50,791 bases of DNA from a virus. Lineage: Duplodnaviria; Caudoviricetes. The translations under genes were made by a program, and so were the position numbers. Below are positions 44,554-50,791 of this stretch, in pieces. The first letter of the stretch is position 1; each line of letters opens with the position of its first letter. The notes under the pieces were generated by a model that saw nothing but the letters and a program-made list of their open reading frames with translations, was not told the DNA's origin and did not search any database. The DNA lies in the IMG/VR virus record IMGVR_UViG_3300028840_000889, positions 1 through 50,791 of that record. One strand, given 5' to 3'.

Positions 44554-44875
44554 GATTTATAACATCCTCTATGTACATTTGTTTTAATTTTTCAGTTGGA
44601 TTTACCATTGTAACAACCCAGTCAGAAGGAACTGGAATTTTATCATCAGAAGTTAAAGGCATCCAAGGATGTAAAGTAACTTGATATCCAATTTTCTGAA
44701 GTCCTTGATTTTCATTTTCTTCTGTAAGGAGATTAGGAGTTCTCATTTTTACTATACAAGGTCTAGTAAGGTAATATCCAACTACACGCTTCTCCTCATC
44801 TCCACCAAAAACCATCTCTTGAACTTCTGATATCAGATCTTCTCCAGACTTAAGTAATAAAAGTTTAACAGTCAT
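44492..44875 (-). CDS. Conserved cyanophage hypothetical protein (possibly Sm-like)
   Basis: MTVKLLLLKSGEDLIS...PWMPL...DWVVTMVNP. Likely start is ATG 44875. Confidence 0.8.
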   Translation of the reverse strand: MTVKLLLLKSGEDLISEVQEMVFGGDEEKRVVGYYLTRPCIVKMRTPNLLTEENENQGLQKIGYQVTLHPWMPLTSDDKIPVPSDWVVTMVNPTEKLKQMYIEDVINHGKNNQSNSTVEQSNSNQSD

Positions 44876-44906
44876 TTTTACTCCATACCTATTAGTACTA
44901 TAGCAC

Positions 44907-44948
44907 AAAAAAATGGGAGGTGCAACTGGTTTTTGCCAGTAACCTCCC
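44907..44948 (-). terminator. Intrinsic terminator after hsp20
   Basis: GGGAGGT..ACTGG/CCAGT..ACCTCCC followed by ATTTTTTT. Confidence 0.7.
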
Positions 44949-44980
44949 TGTAGCAACGATATTTGGGTGGACTTATATAT

Positions 44981-45415
44981 TTAGAGATAATCTTTCCTCT
45001 TATGATGATCTGGAACAACTCTCCCAAGAGTAATTGATAAGAGTCCGTCCTCAAAATCAACAGATCTAACTTCCGTATCATCAGAAAGCGTCCAAGATCT
45101 GGTAAAGGATCTTTGCGCTAATCCCTTATGAACATAATTAGATTCTGTCTCTTTATCTTCTTTTTGACCTTCAACGAAAAGTTTTCCATCTTGGGTATAA
45201 ACTAGAACTTCTTTCTTTTTAAATCCAGCAAGAGCCAATTCAAGTCTTGACTCCACATTACTTATTTGAACAAGATTATATGGAGGATAATTTGAACTAG
45301 TTTCATGAAGAGTGAATAGACGGTCGAAATATTCATCCAGTCCAATACTGTTCCTTGTGATCTTATCCATCAAAGTGGGAAGATCTGCGGCAGTATACCT
45401 TGTAAGATTAGTCAT
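44981..45415 (-). CDS. hsp20: Small heat shock protein
   Basis: NYPPYN, LALAGF, HKGLAQRSFTR and FEDGLL. Confidence 0.95.
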   Translation of the reverse strand: MTNLTRYTAADLPTLMDKITRNSIGLDEYFDRLFTLHETSSNYPPYNLVQISNVESRLELALAGFKKKEVLVYTQDGKLFVEGQKEDKETESNYVHKGLAQRSFTRSWTLSDDTEVRSVDFEDGLLSITLGRVVPDHHKRKDYL

Positions 45416-45423
45416 TTTAGTAT

Positions 45424-45468
45424 CTCCTTAAAAAGCGAGGTTTGATTGTGTGGACCCCGAAGGCGTCC
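45424..45468 (-). promoter_or_regulatory. ROSE-like RNA thermometer candidate in the hsp20 leader
   Basis: A UUCG hairpin, then CUCGCUU pairing with the SD AAGGAG with a bulged G. Confidence 0.5.
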
Positions 45469-45493
45469 TTAATATTATATATCAAGTAATAAT

Positions 45494-45517
45494 AAAAAAG
45501 GGAGTGTTGAACTCCCT
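45494..45517 (-). terminator. Intrinsic terminator after regA
   Basis: AGGGAGT-TCAAC-ACTCCCT followed by a T-run. Confidence 0.75.
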
Positions 45518-45523
45518 ACTTTA

Positions 45524-45967
45524 TTATTCGGTTTCCTCAACAATTTTCTTTTTAGAACCAATATTATACTTGGTTTCCAAAATCCAATCATCTTTATCCT
45601 TATAAGCAAGAACCTTGATTTGATTAAGTGGAGCAATATCTACGATTTTATCTGCATTTATGACGGTAACAAGTCCCCAATCTGCAAGAAGATGGATAAT
45701 TCGGTTACGTCTTTGAATATCATTCACAGTTAGATTTGCGTGTTTGCCATCTAATGCGAAAAGTTCTTTAAAATGTGTAATATAATAACGACCTTGTTTA
45801 TGTAGAATATGACAAGATTGATAAAGTTTTTTTTCCTTTCTTGATGCCACTCCAATACGGGTCAAAGTTTCTCGAACCTTTAAAAAATCATCAGGTTCAT
45901 TAAGTGAAACTTCCACCATTATATCTGGAGTCCAGTTTACTTGCGGTTCAATTGTTTGATTGGTCAT
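45524..45967 (-). CDS. regA: Translational repressor RegA
   Basis: DDFLKVRETLTRIGVAS, LYQSCHILHKQGRYYITHFKELFALDG. Confidence 0.97.
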   Translation of the reverse strand: MTNQTIEPQVNWTPDIMVEVSLNEPDDFLKVRETLTRIGVASRKEKKLYQSCHILHKQGRYYITHFKELFALDGKHANLTVNDIQRRNRIIHLLADWGLVTVINADKIVDIAPLNQIKVLAYKDKDDWILETKYNIGSKKKIVEETE

Positions 45968-46350
45968 TTGGTTCCACCGGTTTCAAGTCTTTGTTTAATG
46001 AAATTGATTTGTTCTTTTGTTAAATTTATCAGAGCTTGTGATGCTTTTTCATTACTATATCCATAGTATTGTTTAATACATTCTAAGTCTGCGCCTTTAT
46101 TTTTATAGGCCCAAGGAGAATATCTCTTTCTTTTTCTCAAACTATTTAGATAAAATGAATATTGCATATCTTTATCGAGATGATGATTTATATTCATTTC
46201 ATTCGCAAACAAAATTGTATCAATCTGTCCAGATAAACACTTATTAATGATGTAAGGTATATAATTTTTGACTCCCATAGGGTCTTCTTTTATTAAATTT
46301 TTTTTAGTAGAATTAATGGAGTTCAACCAATCTTTAAGTTCGTAAGTCAT
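45964..46350 (-). CDS. gp62: Clamp loader small subunit
   Basis: YIPYIINKCLS...ANEMN...RKRKRYSPW...YYGYSNEKA. Confidence 0.93.
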   Translation of the reverse strand: MTYELKDWLNSINSTKKNLIKEDPMGVKNYIPYIINKCLSGQIDTILFANEMNINHHLDKDMQYSFYLNSLRKRKRYSPWAYKNKGADLECIKQYYGYSNEKASQALINLTKEQINFIKQRLETGGTK

Positions 46351-47462
46351 CGTATAATTTGAATTTCATCGTCATCAGTCCAAAGTTCTACTTTAGTTCT
46401 AAAGCGATCTTCGGATTTAAGTTTTTCATATCGTTTTGTTGCCTTTTTCTTCCACCAAAAAATAATATTCTCAAGATAAAATTTATCCCAATTTTGCCCT
46501 GGACGAAGATTATCTTGCTCTCCCAGAATTACTTCGCGAACATTTTCATAACCATAATCAGAAATATAAAAACGCTTCTTTTGGGTAAGATTAAATGCAG
46601 TACCGATTACTTCATTAAATCTTTTAAGTTTTTCCGGATCCTGAAGTGAATTGCGAATGATTGAAATCATCTTTGTTTGTCTCTTCATTTTTTTGGACGA
46701 TGCTTTATTATCTGTCAGGGGAGTATTGTTGTTCAGATGTGTAAATCTGTCGTGCAATTTATGAAAAATTTCGTCATGAAGAAGAGGAAGAAATTTACTT
46801 TCAGTCAAACCTTTATATCTAATGAACGGTTTCAATCCATCATATTGAGAGGCATCAGTAGTCGAACCATAAAGAGAAGTAGTTTCAAAAAGAGCAATAT
46901 CTTTCTCAAAAACTTGATTAAGAGCTTCTCTCGCAAAATGAGAACAACACATCAATGCAAGAAGTTTTCCTCCAAGATAATTATACCCAAAAGGTTGTGA
47001 TGGAACAATTACAAATCCCATCGCAGCATGGCGATTAAAAATAGAAAGATCTGGTGGTTTTCCTAACCACAAATTTCTTGGTTTAGAATTAATTACAGGA
47101 GAACCAAAGCGAATAAATCCAAGAACTTTTTTAGTGTTTTTTTCAAAGATAATCCAACGTAGTTCTCTCCCAGGAATATTTGACTCATTATTGTGAGAAG
47201 AAACTACCTTAAGCAGAGTGTTGTAATGATCTTGGGGTAATGCTTGCTGAAATCTATCTCCGACAAACTTAATATCAAATTCCATATCCTCCGGATGAAT
47301 ATCTTCATTAAAAAATTCATCATGCAGAGGAACTAATGAATTACTGGACTTAATAACTTCCTTTTTCACAAAACGAAGATAGTCTTCGATATTTCCCATA
47401 CGTGAGAAGTATTGGATAAATTCATCTGCAGACCATTGGGCGTCTTTTTCGGAAATAATCAT
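46347..47462 (-). CDS. DUF4338/DruA-like protein
   Basis: IPGRELRW, PFGYNYLGGKLLAL and ETTSLYG...SQY resemble DUF4338. Confidence 0.6.
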   Translation of the reverse strand: MIISEKDAQWSADEFIQYFSRMGNIEDYLRFVKKEVIKSSNSLVPLHDEFFNEDIHPEDMEFDIKFVGDRFQQALPQDHYNTLLKVVSSHNNESNIPGRELRWIIFEKNTKKVLGFIRFGSPVINSKPRNLWLGKPPDLSIFNRHAAMGFVIVPSQPFGYNYLGGKLLALMCCSHFAREALNQVFEKDIALFETTSLYGSTTDASQYDGLKPFIRYKGLTESKFLPLLHDEIFHKLHDRFTHLNNNTPLTDNKASSKKMKRQTKMISIIRNSLQDPEKLKRFNEVIGTAFNLTQKKRFYISDYGYENVREVILGEQDNLRPGQNWDKFYLENIIFWWKKKATKRYEKLKSEDRFRTKVELWTDDDEIQIIR

Positions 47463-48418
47463 TTAAATTCAACTTCACACATTACCTCAATTAATGCTGC
47501 AAGAAGATTTATCTCCTGATCAGCAACAAAGCAGATTTGATACTGGTACTTCGCAATAATAAGTACTGCTGCAGGAATAGTACTCGGAACAATATTATCA
47601 TAAAGTGCATCATAAACTTTACGAAGAATAATGGAAGCATCATTATCCAAATTAGATACTACCCACTTGCGGACCTCCGTAAAATTCTTTTCCTTGAGAT
47701 GTAGAAGAAGATCACTTACAGCGATGTCCGAGAAAGATGCGAGAATACCAGAATCAATTTGTCCTCCAACAGAATACCGTTGAAGAACATTAAGTAGTTG
47801 TCTGGTGTCCGGAAAATGAGTTTTGACGAGTTCGAGTATGACTTTTTTATCATAATCAACTTTTTCCTGTTCGAGTATGTATGACATTCTTTTAAAAACA
47901 TCAGACATCATCTGGGGTTTTTCTTCCTTTAATATAGGAGTATATTTAAGAACAACACATCTTGATTGAATTGGTTCAATAATTTTATTCAGGTTATTAC
48001 AAGTAAAAATAAAACACACATTATTATGAAGTTGTTCTATCACTCCACGAAGACACAACATTACATCATTTGTGGTCCCATCAAACTCATCAAAGAACAC
48101 AACCTTCTTCTTGTCATTAAACATCGAAACCGTGGTTCCGAAATTAATAACTTGATTGCGAATTGTATCCAAGTATCTTCCTTCCGAAGACCCATTTAGA
48201 AATAAAACATCCTGCTTTGTAATTTTACAGAGAGTTTTGATTGTTTGAGTTTTACCACATCCTTGAGAACCTTGAAGAATGAGATTTTGATTCAATTGCC
48301 CGTCTTTAGCAACGTTAAGAAAAAACTCCTTAACATTTTTAGTGAGAATCAAATCCTCAACAGATTCTGGAGACCACCGTTCTACCCAGAGAAATGGTTT
48401 ATTGTCAGTTAATTCCAT
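47459..48418 (-). CDS. gp44: Clamp loader large subunit
   Basis: LWVERWSP, GSQGCGKT, FDEFD, IQSRC and FVADQEINL. Confidence 0.95.
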   Translation of the reverse strand: MELTDNKPFLWVERWSPESVEDLILTKNVKEFFLNVAKDGQLNQNLILQGSQGCGKTQTIKTLCKITKQDVLFLNGSSEGRYLDTIRNQVINFGTTVSMFNDKKKVVFFDEFDGTTNDVMLCLRGVIEQLHNNVCFIFTCNNLNKIIEPIQSRCVVLKYTPILKEEKPQMMSDVFKRMSYILEQEKVDYDKKVILELVKTHFPDTRQLLNVLQRYSVGGQIDSGILASFSDIAVSDLLLHLKEKNFTEVRKWVVSNLDNDASIILRKVYDALYDNIVPSTIPAAVLIIAKYQYQICFVADQEINLLAALIEVMCEVEFK

Positions 48419-48420
48419 AA

Positions 48421-48678
48421 TTAAGTAATTTTATAAAAAGCTTGAGTTTTAGTGGATTTAATCAAACCCCTTTCCTTTGCTCCACATACCGCCCAGAGAA
48501 CACCATTTTTTTCAGAATCAGATTCTGCAGCAAGAACATCATAAAGTTCATCGAGACAAATAAATCTGCGACCCTTACGAATTAGAGCACAAATTAATAC
48601 ATCTGTTGCCAGTTCATATGATTTACAATAACGACCAGATTTGGAAGTTGGAAAAGTAATAACGTTAGAAAATGTCAT
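48421..48678 (-). CDS. Hypothetical protein (possibly winged-helix)
   Basis: 85-aa ORF in the operon. Confidence 0.65.
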   Translation of the reverse strand: MTFSNVITFPTSKSGRYCKSYELATDVLICALIRKGRRFICLDELYDVLAAESDSEKNGVLWAVCGAKERGLIKSTKTQAFYKIT

Positions 48679-48681
48679 AAT

Positions 48682-49194
48682 TTAATTTATCCACGAAGGT
48701 TTTCTTGACGGCATACGAAGATAATTATCTCTAACCCAAGTCTTGGTGTTAATGTAGATTTTGTAAGCGTCAAAAGTGTCAATAGTTGTATCCAGTTTAA
48801 TTTCATCTGGCATCGCACGAGCAAAGGGAGTTATATTGGATATTTTACCTTTTGGGAATAGGTAGTATGCCCCCAAAAGAGTATTATAGCACGAATGAGG
48901 TTTTCCATACCTCAAGTGAAACTCATCACAAAGATTCATCCCGTGCTTGATTAACCAATAAGCATTATTTGGAGATTGACTTGCCCAAATCATACAGGGA
49001 TGATTGCGAAATGCTCCTTTTTCTGTAGCATATGGCGTCCCATCTTTTTTAGTGAGAGTTCCATAATTATGATACCACTTGGACGCCACGATAGAAAGCA
49101 TTTGACAACATTCAAGTGGCATTTTTGTTATGTGGCGGTCAGGAAGTACGATAGCACTTTCTGCTGGAAATGGAGATGTAGCAAAGATATTCAT
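48682..49194 (-). CDS. Pyrimidine-dimer DNA glycosylase/DenV-related family protein
   Basis: MNIF...DRHITKMPLECCQML...NHPC..W...EFHLRYGKPH...FARAMPD. Confidence 0.7.
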   Translation of the reverse strand: MNIFATSPFPAESAIVLPDRHITKMPLECCQMLSIVASKWYHNYGTLTKKDGTPYATEKGAFRNHPCMIWASQSPNNAYWLIKHGMNLCDEFHLRYGKPHSCYNTLLGAYYLFPKGKISNITPFARAMPDEIKLDTTIDTFDAYKIYINTKTWVRDNYLRMPSRKPSWIN

Positions 49195-49212
49195 AATAAA
49201 ATAATGTTTAAA

Positions 49213-49899
49213 TCACCCAAAAGTACTATCCGGTTCTAAAGCAATCCAGTACGTAACATCAAAACTATTATTTTTAAAACGCGAAAGATGTTTTTCAGAA
49301 ATTACAACTTCATAAGAACCCGGAATAATTTTAAGATTTTCTACCTTAAAATTGAAAGTGAATACCTCATCAGTTTCACCAACAATCACAGAAAAATCAT
49401 TAGAAGTGTCATTTTTCTTATCACGAACAACTAGTTTAACCACACCTACTTCACCAACAACAGAAAGATCAGGAAGTTGATATACGGCAGCAGCTTTGAG
49501 TATCTTATCCAACTCTTTAGTATCAAGAACAAAACACACATCTTCACTAGGGAGAGAAATAGATTTATCGGGAGGCGTAACAATTACATTTGGATCAGCA
49601 AAAAAATACTTGGAACGAGACTTACCTTCTTTAATCACCACGTAATTTTCATTTTGAAAATCAAGTTCCGCATTTTGGTGAAGATTCATACCATTTAAAA
49701 ATTGATTAAGATCATAAATTCCAAAGTCTTTAGGAAGTTCTTCTTCGATTGTTGCTTCTGCCAGAATATTTTTCATCACAGAAATAGTACGTAGAGAATT
49801 TCCTTTCTTAAACAGAATAGACTGATTAATAGAAGAGAAGTTCTTAAGAAGCGTGAGAGTTTTGTCAGAGAGTTTCATAGTGTTAGGTTTAAGTTTCAT
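49213..49899 (-). CDS. gp45: Sliding clamp
   Basis: LKNFSSINQSI, FGIYDLNQFL, FKVENLK and YWIALE. Confidence 0.95.
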   Translation of the reverse strand: MKLKPNTMKLSDKTLTLLKNFSSINQSILFKKGNSLRTISVMKNILAEATIEEELPKDFGIYDLNQFLNGMNLHQNAELDFQNENYVVIKEGKSRSKYFFADPNVIVTPPDKSISLPSEDVCFVLDTKELDKILKAAAVYQLPDLSVVGEVGVVKLVVRDKKNDTSNDFSVIVGETDEVFTFNFKVENLKIIPGSYEVVISEKHLSRFKNNSFDVTYWIALEPDSTFG

Positions 49900-49901
49900 A
49901 A

Positions 49902-50327
49902 TCAACGGAATTCGGTGAGACCATTATCTTTGCGAGTATAATGCTTATCAAAGTGAAGTAGTAGCATAGCATAGTGAATGACTTTCAGCAAATCTCGTTT
50001 GTTGCGTCCGTCTTTATTCCCATAGCGACTACCATACTTAAGAATATTTGATTGACAGAACCCGGCGGCAAGTTTTTTGGCTGCCATCAAATCGATAGTT
50101 TGTATGTCTGCGTAATCTTCATCATCTCCACAGTAATGCCCGCTATATGTACTACTTACATAATTTTCAATATCCTTAAGGATCTTATCTTCGTTATATT
50201 TCCAAAGATGATTTTTTGGTTCGTTCATAGTAGGGGGTTTTGTCAAATCAACATATCCAGTGTGTTCGTTCATAATCATTTTGTATTCGAGTAATTGTCT
50301 TTCATTTTCGGCATTAGAGAAAGCCAT
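49902..50327 (-). CDS. DUF3310-like (T7 gp1.7-related) protein
   Basis: HY...QTID...GFCQSNILKYGSRYGNKDG...DLLKVIHYA. Confidence 0.7.
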   Translation of the reverse strand: MAFSNAENERQLLEYKMIMNEHTGYVDLTKPPTMNEPKNHLWKYNEDKILKDIENYVSSTYSGHYCGDDEDYADIQTIDLMAAKKLAAGFCQSNILKYGSRYGNKDGRNKRDLLKVIHYAMLLLHFDKHYTRKDNGLTEFR

Positions 50328-50357
50328 AATTAGGAAAAGTCATAATAACCTTTCCCA

Positions 50358-50386
50358 ATTATAGCAGGTTATTCCAGTTCAGTCAA
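50358..50386 (-). promoter_or_regulatory. Sigma70-like promoter heading the clamp/loader operon
   Basis: TTGACT-N17-TATAAT. Confidence 0.8.
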
Positions 50387-50791
50387 TTAGAAAGGAACTT
50401 CGTTACCACCCTCTACTTCCACAGTCAATACTGGTTCCACAGAAGGCATTACAAAGTCAGCATCCACCTTATCATAGAGTTCAAGGAACGCTTGTTTGGT
50501 TTCGTCATCAAAACGATTTACGCAAACTTGAATTGCTTTTGCCTTGTCCTGAAAGATGCTGTAGGCACGGATGATATGAACCAAACGACGGGTGCTGATG
50601 ATTTCTTCAATACCACCATCATAGAAGGTTTTGCGGATAATATCGCTCCAATCGCAAAGTCGCTTACAGAAATCTCGGTCATTCACATCCAAATCCAGAG
50701 CAACACCCTCAAGAATTCTCTGTTCCACAGATGGAGCAGGATAGGATTGCTCGAAGGTCACCGGGAAACGCTCCAGGAACGCTTCGTTAAG
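50387..50791 (-). CDS. cobS: CobS-like MoxR AAA+ ATPase, C-terminal part (5' end outside the window)
   Basis: LNEAFLERFPVTFEQSYP...IRKTFYDGGIEEIISTRRLVHI. Confidence 0.9.
   Translation of the reverse strand, partial: LNEAFLERFPVTFEQSYPAPSVEQRILEGVALDLDVNDRDFCKRLCDWSDIIRKTFYDGGIEEIISTRRLVHIIRAYSIFQDKAKAIQVCVNRFDDETKQAFLELYDKVDADFVMPSVEPVLTVEVEGGNEVPF

Noticed and set aside
1-50791. CRISPR array, rRNA, IS element, integrase, or host chromosomal origin
   Set aside because: I saw no repeat-spacer array, rRNA or transposase. The host-like genes sit among T4-like core genes and late promoters, which indicates phage auxiliary genes.

Overview
This is a 50.8-kb, AT-rich segment of a T4-like cyanophage (cyanomyovirus, probably freshwater), with most genes on the minus strand. 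From left to right it holds: (1) the 5' part of psbA, interrupted by three group I introns, one encoding an HNH endonuclease; (2) lysis and peptidoglycan genes, two hli genes, pstS with a Pho box, and a cyanobacterial-type porin; (3) a ~7.6-kb glycosyltransferase/methyltransferase island; (4) a tRNA/ncRNA region with five tRNAs, several of them non-canonical; (5) nrdB, nrdA, primase, late genes and mazG; (6) the T4-like replication module (gp41, uvsX, gp43, hsp20, regA, gp62, gp44, gp45, cobS). The standout feature is a fractured uvsX/recA gene. Its two halves carry the N- and C-parts of a naturally split intein and are separated by a free-standing HNH-NUMOD3 endonuclease, so UvsX would have to be made by protein trans-splicing. 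All calls come from reading the sequence and ORF track by eye. No database searches or folding programs were run.
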